Source of the DNA: Pseudovirgaria hyperparasitica
Taxonomy: Eukaryota
Strand: one strand, 5' to 3'
Assembly: GCA_010093815.1 (NCBI GenBank)
Contig: ML996575.1
DNA: 64,000 nucleotides
The position numbers were made by a program, and so were the translations under genes. Below are positions 13,678 to 26,299 of the stretch, piece after piece. The notes below the pieces were generated by a model. It ran no database searches. It worked only from the letters and a program-made list of their open reading frames with translations, and was not told the DNA's origin. Each line of letters begins with the position of its first letter. The stretch's first letter is position 1.

Positions 13678-14082
13678 TTGTTTCGTCCTGCTTCGAGCCA
13701 TGCTATGCCACTCAATCAATTTGTCCTACTCGAGGGATCTTGTCCCGCTTGGGCTATCTTGTACTGCTCAAAAGATCTTGTCCTGCTCAAAGGATTTTGT
13801 CCTGCTCGAGCCATTGTGTCTGCTCGAGACACATTGTTCTGCTTCGAGCTGTCTGATTCTGCTTGAGGCAGCTTCTCCTGCTCAAGATATGCTATTTTGC
13901 TCCAGGGGTTTTGTCCTGCTGGAGGTATTATGTCCCTCTCAAGCCACCTTACCCTGATTTGATCTGCTTCGGCATAGCTTGTTCTGCTTGAGGGATCCAA
14001 TCCTGCTTCTAGGTATCTTGTCTTGCTCACAGTAGCTTATCCTGCTCTACCCAGTTTATCCTGCTCGAGTCATCTTGTCCTA
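13678..14082. repeat. Degenerate ~18-20 bp tandem array, core TTGTCCTGCTC(G/A)AG
   Basis: About 20 imperfect copies of (T)TGTCCTGCT-like cores. Stop-poor frames on both strands have no protein-like character. Confidence 0.8.
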
Positions 14083-14858
14083 TTAGGCATTTTTGGGCGT
14101 GATAGGGGGCGTTGCATAGATGATATAGGATATCCTACCAGGCAGATAAGGGTCAGTATATGGGATGTAGCATCGATTTGGCCCGTTGGAACTTGGAGAT
14201 ACCCAGACCTCATCTTGATAAAGCTTCTCTATGATAAATAGAGCACTGCCGTTTATTGTTCCACTCACTATCGAACGAATTACCTTGACTCTACAAGTCG
14301 ATCTCTCCCTTCTAAGTATGCTGAAGGACTTCCGTGCACATCCCTGATCTCAAGCTCCACAAAATCCCGCTAGCACAATCCCCTGCGTGTTTGCCTATTG
14401 TTTACCCTCCCACTTAACCCGCAGCTTACCCGGCATCGCGCACAGGATTTTAAGTTCTTCTGTGAGCTTCATCTACAGATCTCTCCACCTTTGTCTCAAC
14501 ATCCCCTTGCAACGCCAGATCTTTTCCCAACGTACTTCTTTAGCAAGCAACTTAAGTATCACCCTTCTCATACGTAGCTCTAGCATCTTTTCTGTTCAGA
14601 GACTGTCTCCTACCCTCGGTGGTCTCTCATCTCTATCGACTTTCGAAGGTATGTTCCCTGATCTGCTTCTTCATCAACCAGCTTGATAAACACGCAGCTC
14701 ATCGTCAAGATTTTCATTATTTCTTTGCTCAAGACTCACATCTTGTTGTCTTTTAGTCTTTTGTCTCTGCCGTCTATCAGAAAATATCTCCTTATCGCAG
14801 CTCTTTGCCAATCTAGACTCTCGCCACCTATCCTCAAAAACCTTTACAAGCTTTCAAA

Positions 14859-16138
14859 ATGAACTCTACTGGATCCGACCTTAATCTGGGACCTGACCAA
14901 CCCATTATAGACCTTATAGACCCGTACAGCCTCGTTCCCAGCTACGAATGGCGCAATGGAGAGCCTCAATCATCAGAGGTGTGGTACCATGATAGAGTCT
15001 ATAACCGCATAGTTGGCTACAATAGACTAGGCTCCTTTGCAGAGCTCATTAGAGGCTTCAACCTCTATCCTCACCTCTACTGGATCATCACCATGAACAT
15101 CCGCCAGTACATCCTCGACCACAACCTCTGGGATCTGGACCTCGGCCAGCAAGCAGACAAAGATCAAGCCCTCGCCAGCATGGAAGTCATCAGAAGGCGC
15201 TTCGCCATCGAGCTCGGCCCCGGCGCCCCTGCCAGCAAAAATATCGCCTCTCCCTCCGAAGCCTGGCGTGCCAAAGCCCTCCAGGGCTGGTTCCAGCGCG
15301 AGCGAGATTACGTGCGTAAAAACCACACCTCCTGGAAGCTCACCGGCCTCTCCCCTGTCTGCCCAGTATACCCGCACAACAACCTCGACCTGTCTGCCTC
15401 CACCAACCGCTCCAACCCGCACCGCCCGAACTTCCAGCCCCAGGCCATCATCATCGCCTTCCCCAACCACCCAATCATCACCCAGCACGACCTGATGCTG
15501 GTGCCGCTGGATGAGCTCCGCAAAGACATGACGGCGCCGCTACGCGATCTCATCCCGGCTCCCCACGTAGATACGAACCCGCGCTTCCCCAGCCGTCCGG
15601 TACGATACTCCGGCTTTGACCTCACCAAGCTGGTCTGCGCCATCCAGGCCCGGCTGAATCGCCCCAACGTGCTCAAAAATGGCGCCATCTACTACCACCA
15701 TGACGGGGTGCGTGTCTTTATCAAGACCAGCGACGACGTCGGTGCCTTCTTGGTGGCCAAGCGCGCTGAGACCTGGACGAAGCCGTTCTACGAGCTTCGA
15801 GTGGTACGTTTTCAGAATACACCCCTCTTCCGCCCTACCCCTTTTCTCTAGGGAGTTGAAACTAATAGTTACTATAGCGGAGTGTGCTGAGCGGTAAGGG
15901 CCAGGAGGTCATCGACAAGGAGGATTTCGTCTGGGCGTTCGACGGCGAGTATGTCCCGCCACAATGGTCCGAGAGGGTCATCGGGACCGGGCGACTCGCC
16001 GAGTCGCAGGAGGTGAAGCGCCTGGAGATAGTTGCGCGGAGGGCGGAGAGGGAGAGGGAATGGCTCCGCCTTGCGGAAGCAAGGTCGCACTTGAAGAGGT
16101 GCTTCAAGGATAGCATGAAACCTCGCACTATGTATTAA
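14859..16138 (+). CDS. Hypothetical protein, ~401 aa, no recognised domain
   Basis: join(14859..15803,15878..16138): donor GTACGT at 15804, branch ACTAAT at 15861, acceptor TAG at 15877, frames join in phase 0. C-rich third codon positions; CAAAATG start context. Confidence 0.7.
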
Positions 16139-16603
16139 TTAGACCCGGCACTGTAGTAATAGAAATCGTTTAAACAAGTACTATCAAGTGTAACCTTAGA
16201 TTATGCTTCTAGTGAATGATATATACACCACGTAGTATATCTAACATCACCTAGTATAGACTTAGCTATAGTACTATCTAGTAGAACTTCTAATTACTAT
16301 CTTATTAAAATTCTATCTTTCTTTATATATAACTTAGAGCTCTATGAAATTATATATACTATAGAATAGAGTAAGTCTCTATCTATATCTAATTCTTATA
16401 TAATATAGATAGTAAAAGGCTTTCTTTAGACTACATCTAGTAGAGTCTTAGAAAGTTATCTTCTACTTCTTATCTATATATTCTAATAGAGAATCTAAGA
16501 GATTATAACTCTATTAAGATAAAACTCTATTATAAAGTCTATCTTCTATAACTTTTAAGAGCTATTTACTACTTAATATCTCTTATATATTTTATAATAC
16601 TAG

Positions 16604-16841
16604 TGTAAAGAGTAAAGACGTAGGATAGTAGTCTAACAGTTTATAGAGAGACATAGGAATGTATTTATAGGGTAGTCTCACTCTCATACGAGGTTAATTC
16701 CTAACGAGCAGGAGTCGGTTTATACGGTCCACTTATATAGTAACCTCGCTTAACTTAGCTAACTCGACCCAGCTCTAGCCACTACGTGGCTACATGGATT
16801 AGAATAGTCTATATAGGTCCGTTATAGTTCCCGTCCTAATA
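16604..16841 (-). repeat. 3' LTR of element A
   Basis: Starts TGTAAAG, ends CCTAATA (RIP of ...AACA); matches 24412-24649. Confidence 0.95.
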
Positions 16842-17320
16842 ATATCCTTCTTCTTTTTATGCTTCGCCCCGAAGCACTTAAGTATATATAATCCTAAGTC
16901 TCTATAATCTATCGTGTACCTATATATCCGTGACTAAGTTTCTATAACGTTATAACTATCCTTAATATAGGTGAACTCGAGATTCTAGTTTACTTTTACT
17001 AGTTTATACACGCGCTTATTCCTTACTTCGTGGCTACTACCTAGGATATATAATTACTACTCTAGTCGAGTATATATTTAGCTTCGCTCGCCTTTGATTT
17101 TATTCTCTAGTATATCTACCTCGCTCTTAAGGTAAGTCGTTAATTCATATACTATCTTCCCTAGTTTAGGTTTAGAAGGGTCTATTATAGTCCATTCTTA
17201 TTAGAACCGGTCCTATATGACCTATTCGCGTTATTACGGTTACTAATTTAGCTTTATTAATTACCGTTAAGGGTGGACGAATATTCCTTCCTTAGATCTT
17301 TAGCTAACGTGTGTATATAG

Positions 17321-18636
17321 ATATCTAATACTAGTCCTATCTCTAAGCCTATCTCCTCCTCTCGTAAGACTCGCTCTAAAGGTATTACCTCCTCCCCGGC
17401 TACGCCGGCTAAGAAGCCTACCTATCGCGGTAGTACGAAGGCGCGCTCTAAGTTAGAGAAGAGAGTAGCTAGGGCTACTACTACTACTTCTGCCTCTACT
17501 ACTAATGTAGCTACTAGTCGCTCTAATCTAGGTGATTCTAGTACTAAATTTATGGATGAAGCGGTCGTAAGTTCTCCCCTCGCTCTAACGCGCACGCCGT
17601 CTACTCTATCTCCTCTAGAGGATGAAGAAGATCTCGTTATAGATAATAATTATAAGCCCTCGCGCTTACCCACGCCGCCGCCTCGCCGCTCTTCCTTCCG
17701 GTCTAATATAGACCGATTTAGTTACTCTAGGTCCTTTTAGAACCTTAATATCCGCTCTAAACCCTAGCCTACTAATAATAAGGCCTGGGTCGCCGAGGAT
17801 ACTAAACGTGGTCGCGGTTTACGCTATAGGAAAACGGCGAACTACGGTTCGATATACTATAAGTATATTAAGGGCTATATAGCCGGCTCTAAATATCTCT
17901 TTCGCTCTAACTCTAGTATTAGCTGCTACTCTACTAACCGCGACGGGCCTATACACCCTATCTTTACTCTACCTACCCGCTACTACCGCTATACCGTGAC
18001 TAGTAAGACTTATCTATAGGTGAGTATAATGGGCTATCTTAGTCTAGTGTAATCTAAAGTTATCCGCGCTAATACATTCTTAGGTTCCTATGCGTATATA
18101 AGATATATATAACGACCTTCGCGTCCGTGAGACCCTCGGGGGTCCTTATAGCTACCTATCTACTATATAGAGGGAGTTTAGGGAGCGCTATAAGCTCTTT
18201 CTAGAGGTTATTAAAGTGTAAGTTACGAACACGTTAATTATTTTTAACATCTATTAATATTTCTAGCCGCCGCGAGATCCCTAGCGCCTAGGCTACCTAT
18301 TCTAGGGAGTCTATTCTAGCTATAGAGGCCGTAGAGAGGATTCGCTCTATCCCCCTCTATCCGTCTTACGCTACTAACGGATCTTATAAGAGGTCTACTA
18401 TTTCTCCCTCTAAGTCGCCTCGTAAGAGGGTATATATTCCCTTCTAGATTATTCTAGATCGTATTAGCTAACTTTAGACCTAGTCGCTGCGCTCTAGTGC
18501 TTAAGGCTCTTCCCTCTAGGCTCTAACGGATTAAGTTATTACTCTAGAGGCTAAGGTCGTCGTCCTCCGCCGCTATATCGTGCGGTTAGAGAGAACTATA
18601 CTAGAGGTTAGGACGGATAATAAGATGGAGGAGTAG
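17321..18636 (+). pseudogene. Antisense intron-containing cargo gene of element A, de-RIPs to a Cys-rich protein
   Basis: Frame from ATA(ATG) at 17321, broken in the stretches translated only by TAG/TAA codons explicable by RIP. Introns 18020-18083 (GTGAGT..GCTAAT..TAG) and 18218-18266 (GTAAGT..CTAG) keep the frame. Homologous copy in A2. Confidence 0.7.
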
Positions 18637-19129
18637 CTCTATGGTTCTGGCTCTATGGGTTTAGCTCTGTATATTAGCTCTATGTGTTCTAGATCTACTA
18701 TAGGTGGTGCGCGCCGACTCTATTTACCTGGCTTTTATCCGTTTTAGTTCTTTTTAGACCGTTTAGATACCTATCGGCTAGTTCCTAGTAATTTAATTCT
18801 TAACTTAACGATATTATATATGCGCTCGCTTAGCTTATGACTATCGGTTTCTATATTCTAATTTTCCTTAAGTTACCTAAGTGTGGGCACCGCATATTAA
18901 TTAGTTTATCTCTATGAATTCTATTAGAGCACCCGAACTAGTGGCCTAGTGGTTATTAGTTCGGGTACTCTAACCTTTTATGTTTCGTGTTAAGAGTTTA
19001 ATTCTATGGTGGGGTACCTTTTTAGGTTCTTAGTCCCATATTTTTCTCGTGTATAATGGTCCATGTTGGTCCATTCTAGACTCTTCTATGTTATTCTATT
19101 ATGGTATGTCGCGTCGCGTTCCTAAAATG

Positions 19130-22100
19130 GTTATTTACGCTTTCTTCGCGTCTGGTAACCGTGCGACGCTTAAATTATGGGGCTACTATATAGAGTTTTC
19201 CTAGTGCGCGTCTAGATTTCCTGGTTTAGTACTTCGTTCTCTACGGTATCCTTCTTCTTTTTACGACGACCGCGACGTCGCTATACTTACATTAATAATA
19301 CGCTATTCTACACCTTTTACTTATACGCAGCCATTACCGAACTTAAGATATATACTACTGGTTTCTAGGTGTCCTCGTCCTCGGTGTAGTCCTTCTAACG
19401 GATTCTATATTTCTAAATACCGTCTTTATCGATCCCATGTTCGACAATATAGTCCACTTCGAACACGTCTAGTCTATCTTAGGGTATAATAGAGTATAAC
19501 TATACGTTCGTGCGGCCATATACGTTAGGTTAAAATCTTTTAAGTAGTAAGACGTGGAACACGTTATGGATTCTTATGTTACTTCCTAAGTCGAGCTCGT
19601 AGGCTCTTATACCGATACGACGTTTGATTCGGAAGGGACCAGCCATTTTATAATCGAGCTTCTTATTTACTCGCGACGTTCGTATATTACGGATATTAAG
19701 AAGGACCTCGTCGCCCTCCTCGTACGTCTAATCCTTAGCTAACCTATTATAGTACTTCGTATACGAGTCGTTTACTTATTAGATTATAGCGCGATAGTTG
19801 CGTGCGGTTTCGAAGATTTTAATCGCTAATTCCTAAGCGTGGACGTTCACGTCTGTTATTTAATTAAATTAGACCGTCTAAGGCTTAAAACCTATCCTTG
19901 GACTGCGTCCGAGGTTCGCCTAGAAAGGTATAATATCTATCGTACTATAACGACTATTATTATATACGAACTCTACTATACTTAGTAGGGAGGCCTAGTC
20001 GTTCTACTTGAAATTATAGAATGCGCGTAGATAGGCCTCGAGCGTCTAGTTCTATCGCTCTGTCTAGCTATCCGTCTAAGGATAAAATACTATAGATATA
20101 TTTCTATTTATACTTACTATTTCGTAGAATAACGTCTAGAATTTAGACGTGAAGGTACTTCCTCGGTCCGTAACGATCCTTTTTAGTATACTATGGACCT
20201 TAATAATCTCGTTCTAGAACACCTACGCTAGTTCTTTAGATGTAATCATCTTCTATACCGGGATATACCTAGATATCTTTATAAGTCTATCCACGATAAT
20301 AAGAATAGAATTATAACTTATTCTAAGTATCTCGCTTAGAGGTAAGTTAACTATAAAGTCTATAGTAACATCTTCCTATATAAAGAGGGGGACTAAAAGA
20401 GGCTGTAAATTCCTATATAGCTTATATCTAGGGGCCTTCGTTCTTTGATAAATCGGATAAGTAGCTATCTATTCTTTAACGTACTTAGGTATATCTTCCT
20501 AAAAATAGTACTAACGAATTAAGCTTAGGGTACGTACATACCTAAAGTATCCTACTAGGTTAGCGTTATGGTATCGGCTAACTACGTTAAATCGCGCGTT
20601 ATCTATCGGCATATAGCACTTTCTATTATAGTAAAGTAAGCCGTCCACGAAGGTCCACTTATAGTCTACTTTAGTCTATAATAACCTATCTTACTATATT
20701 TTACGCAACTTTAAAACTGTCGGGTCTATCTTCTATAGATCCATAATTAACTAGGCGAGGTTAATTAGATATTTACGCTGGGTATTATCGCCCTTCCCGA
20801 TAGCGCTAATAAACGGCCTACTAGGGACTTTAGTACCGCGTCTTTGGTTACCGGCTTCGGTCTTAGAGATTTAATTACCGGTATTAATGTTAGCATCTCG
20901 CTAATCACCTAATAACTTAAAATCTAACCTCGTCCTTAAGAGTTGGGCCTATAGCTACTCTAGGACCCTATAGCTACTATAATTCTAGGCGCCTTCTTTA
21001 TAGTTAGGTCTTCTTAATATTCTATTAGCTAGGTTTATACTTCTAGGTCGATGGTAGATTATAAAGTAAAAGTTCGTAAGCTACTTAGCCTATTAAACCT
21101 ATTGACGGTTTAAAACCGTCGTGCTTATAAACCCCTTTAAGTTATAGTAATTAGTTAGTAACTCGACGTCATGTATGGTACCTTTAAGATAATATCGCTA
21201 CTATTTAAACGACTCTACTATTACTAGTAGCTCTTAGTTATAGATAGTGTATCTAGTCTTAATATCGACTATTTTACGCGAGAAGAACGTAACTAGATAC
21301 TATTAGACCTTTTTAGACTTAGTTAGTCTAGGCTAGAAGAGAATACCTAAGATTATAAATTCTAACGCGTCGGTTTTAACGCGGATAGGTTTAGTCGGGT
21401 TAAAGTGCACTAGTAATAGGGTAGTTATAAATGCCTCTTTGATTTTCTCGAAGGAGGCCCTTTCGCCTTCTAATAATTCTATAGGCTACGATTTAATATT
21501 ATACTATTTCTGTCTACCGCGGACCGTAATAGACGAATCTATAGTAGTAGTACGCGCGTTAAGCGGTGCTACTAGCCGGGAGAAGTGCTTAACGAATTTT
21601 TAGTAGTAATTAGCGAATCTAATAAAGACACGTATATCTCGAACCGATTTTAGTTTAGGCCAGTCCACGATAGTAGCGACCCTATCCCTTTCTATGGTTA
21701 TACCTTGATTAGTAATAACGAAGCTAAGGAAGTTAACGTGGTCCTAGTGGAACTTATATTTAGATAGCTTAATATATAGCTTATGTTTTTCTAGCCTATC
21801 TAGGACTACGCGTATGTGCTAGATGTGTTCTTCTTCGTTATCCGAGAAGATAAGGATATTATCAAGGTATATAATGCACGTCGTGTTAAGTAGGCCTACC
21901 AGCGTGTTATTAATATACGCTTAGAAGGTCCCTAGCGCGTTAGTTAGTCTAAAAGGGACCACTATGTACTTAAAGTGTCCATAACGGGTCCTAAACGCCG
22001 TTTTCTACTTATCGCCCTTCTTAATACGTAGGCGGTAGTAGGCGTCGTATAGATCGAGCTTAGTAAAGATCTTCGCGCGCCCTAGTCTATTAATAGACTT

Positions 22101-24370
22101 AGAGATAAGAGGTAGTAGGTAACGATTCTTTCGTGTAATATTATTTAGGCTATAGTAGTCGATATATAGACGGAGACTCCTATTCTTCTTCTTTATAAAG
22201 AGGATTAGGGCTCCGGCTAGGGATATACTAGGTCTAATCTATCCTCGCGTAAGGTTCTTTTCAATGTATTCTCGGAGGACCTATAGCTTAGGTTCTAATA
22301 GAGGGTAGATAGGTCCGTGTGGGGGTTATTAACTATTCTCGAGGTTAATAGTAAGATTAGTAGATTGGTGTTAAGGTAATTCGGACGAGTCGATCGCTAA
22401 CGCGATATATTAGTACATTTTATACTAATATAGTAGGTTTTCATCTACTCTAATACTAAGCTCTCTATTTTAAGTAAGTAAGAGGACGTAGATAGTAGAG
22501 ATTGCCTTTTCGTAGTCCTTCTGGAATTATTCGTCGTCGACTAGCTATACTAGGTTCCATTATAGTGGGTGCATATACCAGCCAGCTATTTTCTAGATAA
22601 AGTCTAGTTTCGGGTTATGTTTTTTAAGCCACGGCATACCGAGGATCATGTTAAAGGGGCTATCTACCACGATGAAGGTTAAGTAGTAGGGTTTCCACTT
22701 CCCCCCGCTATCCTAGATACCGTATTTAATGGTATAGGTACCCTACGATTTAATAGGACCATTAATACTATGGAAGGTAGTATCTATTAGTGCTTAAATA
22801 TCGATATTAAGTTCTCGTGCTCATTAAGTCGATATAACGTTAGTGGCTAAACCGCTATTAAGTATTACGGTCTAATGTTATCCACGGGGGACCTTAATGG
22901 GCCTAGCCTATAGTTCGATATACTAGTTAGCTAGTTATCCCTCTATTTTAGTTACGTCTATAAGTCGCGAGGGTTTCTCGTAGGTAGTTAGTTTTTTATA
23001 TTATATACCGGGTAGTTAGGCGCGATATGTCCTAGCTACTAGCACTTATAGCATGTAACTAACTTAGTATCTATATTAGTATTCGGTGGTTTCCTAGAGC
23101 GGTACTCGGGTACTATATGGCCTATCCTACTATAAGTATAGTAGATGACTTTAGGTCGTTTATATGAGTCGTTTCTCGCGTCTCGATATATCGACTAGTG
23201 GAAAGATCCGCGGTATAGGTCTCGTCTTCTCGAGTTCATAGAGTGGTAGCGCCCACGAGGTATTCCGCGCGATCTATTACTAAACCGGTCCTCTTTAGAC
23301 GATTTCGCATCGGGTTAGATTAATAGGGATAGTCGTGCGCCTGTATAACGTTAGTTATTCATTATACGCTAATGTCGTTCTACGAGATTCGCGAGTACCT
23401 AAAGGTTAGTAGAGATAGACGTTATAAGGTTAATACGTTCCTTTACGCTCGGGTTAAGGGACCTTTTAAAGTCGTCGCATTATTAAACCATGCGATCTTC
23501 CTTAGCTTCTCTCTAGAGAGGTCGGAGGTATTTAAGGAGTTATAACGGGGATTATCTTTCTTACTATTAAGTCTTAAAGATATAGCTCTAAGTCTATTCG
23601 CGTCGCTTAGCTCTATCGCTAAAGTATTAAAGGAGGAATTCGGTGAACGTGTCCTAGTTATACGCATCCTTAGGGTGTTCGATTCGATATACCATCTAAC
23701 GTTTAGATAGCGTTAGGTCTAGGTAGTTCTATACGAACCTAATCTTATTACTATCGTTCGTGAATAGGTGGAAGAATCGGCTATACTAGTAAGCCTATTC
23801 GTGAAAGCTCCTCCTGGTTTTACCGTCGAAGTAAGGTGGTTTCTTAGGCCGAGGCAACTAGGATAGTAATAGACTTAGTTAGACTATTTCGGCTTAAGTT
23901 GGTCCATATTAGTATAGGTTAGTTACTACTAGTACTAAAGCGCGTAGTGCGGCTTTAAGTCTAGCGGTTTATCCTCGCGCTTCGTCGAGTTCGCGAAGTT
24001 ACTATTTAAGCTACGCCTAACGCTACCTTTCCGCGTGTAGCCTAGTATACACGTCGTCGTAAGGCGTGGTTAACGTTAGTTAGTTCTAACGAATTAGTTC
24101 GTTAACGTTAATAGGGTCTAGTCTTATAGTAAGGATGGGTCTAGTATAGTATGAACTAGACCGCGATGGAGTATAATGGACTCCTTCCTTATTATCTAGG
24201 TAGTCTTCTACGGTTACACGGAATGCCGTACTAGTTATTAGTATGATAGCTTATAGGGTATACTTATTAGTGGAGGTGGTCGTAGGGAGACTATTCTCCT
24301 CGTTTAGGTTTGGGGAGAGTCTCTTATAGAAGGTCGTGCCACGGGTATTATAGCGTGTAGTAGGAGCCAT
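19130..24370 (-). pseudogene. gag-pol of element A (gag with 2 CCHC; PR-RT-RH-IN-chromodomain)
   Basis: ATG GCT CCT at 24370. De-RIP knuckles CYTCGRMGHIAPEC and CYKCQQLGHIAPNC. Chromodomain DVFEVDxIVEH...YRIRWKxYTEDEDTWEP. 3' end approximate. Confidence 0.9.
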
Positions 24371-24411
24371 CTCTATAAGCTGCCGTCGTGCTATATAGAG
24401 AGGAATTAAAA

Positions 24412-24649
24412 TATAAAGAGTGAAGACATAGGATAGTAGTCTAATAGTTCATAGAGAGACATAGGAATATATTTATAGGGTAGTCTCACTCTTATACGAG
24501 GTTGATTCCTAACGAGTAGGAGTCGGTTTATACGGTCTACTTATATAGTGACCTCGCTTAACTTAGCTGACTCGACCTAGCTCTGGCCACTACGTGGCTA
24601 CATGGATTAGAATAGTCTATATAGGTCCGTTATGGTTCCCGTCCTAATA
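24412..24649 (-). repeat. 5' LTR of element A
   Basis: Direct repeat of 16604-16841. Confidence 0.95.
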
Positions 24650-24654
24650 ACTAG

Positions 24655-25597
24655 GCTTATTATATCTCTATTCTAATAAGAATATATCTTATATACTATC
24701 TAGAAGAGCTCTTATAACCCCTCTCTTATTCTATAACTATTTATTATTCTATACTCTTAAACTTTAAAAAGTTCTCTTTTACTTCTTATCTAATAATTAT
24801 AGTAAAGACTTTAATTAATTAGAATCTAATATAGATAAGAGTCTTCTATTAAGAGTATATAGTAGAGTCGAAAGAAGTTCTCTTATATTCTATATCTTCT
24901 CTATATACTAACTTAAGAAGCTTATTCTATTTTTATCTATATAAAAAGATATCTTAAATACTAGATAGTAGAGCTTTAAGAAGTTCTTTCTTATTCTATA
25001 TCTCTTCTATATATTATCTAGTAAAGCTCTAAGAAGTTCTTTCTTACTTAATATCTCTTATAAATACTATAGTTTCTAATATAATAAGATTCCAATTAAA
25101 CTAGTATTTATTTTTAATTATATATAGTAAAGTAATAAGAAGGTCTATCTTTCTATATATCTTCTCTATATCTTAGATAATTTACCTTTATATACTTTCT
25201 ATTAACTAAGAATCTATCTTAGTCTCTATCTAGTAGAGCTTAGAGAAGTTCTCTTTTATTCTATATTACTTCTATATATTATAATAGTAAGCTTAATAGA
25301 ACTCTATATAGATAAATATCTATCTAGAATTCTATCTAGAATAGTTTTAGAAAGTTTATCTTAAGTCTCAATCTACTATATCTTATATAAGACTAGATAT
25401 AGTATAATTTTATCTAGAGTAGAATTAATCTTAAAATCTATCTAGTAAAATATAAGAAAGTTCTTCTCTAATATATATCTCTTCTAACTATTATAGTTAT
25501 AGACTTAATAGAATTCTATTTAGAGTAGACTCTACTTAAAGGTCTATCTAGTAGCCTCTAAAGAAGTTCTATCTTACTTTATCTATCTCTTATATTC
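24655..25597. repeat. RIP-mutated ~106-bp satellite (also at ~16200-16603 and 52862-53185)
   Basis: Recurrent TTCTA(C/T)TT..GAG...CTATCTAGTAG...GAAGTTCT...CTTA motif. Period 106 measured at 52889, 52995 and 53101. Confidence 0.8.
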
Positions 25598-26299
25598 TAT
25601 TACGGGAATACAACGTATACATAGATATAAGAGTATTTATAGAATATAGTAAGTTTAATAAGGGAGGAAGCTAGAGTCTACTCGGCTTCCTTAAGATAAG
25701 GGATAGAGTATACTATTAAAAAGGGGCTTACTTAGCTTCATTAAGTAAGAAGGGAGTAGTAGCACGGGCGTAGTATACTAGCGTTAAGTATACCTAGAGT
25801 CTACCCTTAATATTACCCCCTCTCTCCGCTCGTTTATCGCTAGAGCCCGCCTAGTTATAGACTACTATAGTGAGCTATCGCCACGTGTGTCCCTTTTATA
25901 AATGGCTATGTTCCTAGTATAGTAGTCGACGACGAACTCACAAGTATCTCTCCTAGGTATTATAAGTTCTCTTTAAACGCACGACTTCTTATTAGTTCTC
26001 TTTTATGATAGGACGGGTCTATATAATACTCTTAATTAATTCTTTAATAGCTAAGCCTAATAATTAATACCTATAGAGGCCCATGAACGTAAGAAAAGGT
26101 TAAATAGTCGAATATTAGTAATGGGGGAAGCGCGCCGAGTAGAATGACCAAGGAAAACGCCCTCCTTAAATATATAATAAAGCCATATAATCGAGCCAGG
26201 GACACATACATATAGGGCTATAGGAGCGGCCTTCCACATATACCTCCCCGGCCTATAGAACTACTACCCTTAGTAGTATAGTAACTGTATAAGAAACCG

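Larger units (their letters stand above)
16604..24649 (-). mobile_element. Ty3/Gypsy chromovirus, element A (8046 bp, RIP-inactivated)
   Basis: 238-bp LTRs 16604-16841 and 24412-24649. TSD ACTAG at 16599-16603 and 24650-24654. PPT AAAAAGAAGAAGG (minus strand) next to 16842. RT YLD(N/D)ILIFS near 21840-21880. Two CCHC knuckles near 23010-23160. Chromodomain near 19330-19470. Confidence 0.95.

Noticed and set aside
13678..14082. CRISPR-like array or coding repeat
   Set aside because: Eukaryotic context, degenerate adjacent units, no unique spacers and no cas genes.
26057..26239. Duplicated 60-aa ORF MWKAAP... (also 37126-37308)
   Set aside because: Lies within the two LTRs of element C; incidental.
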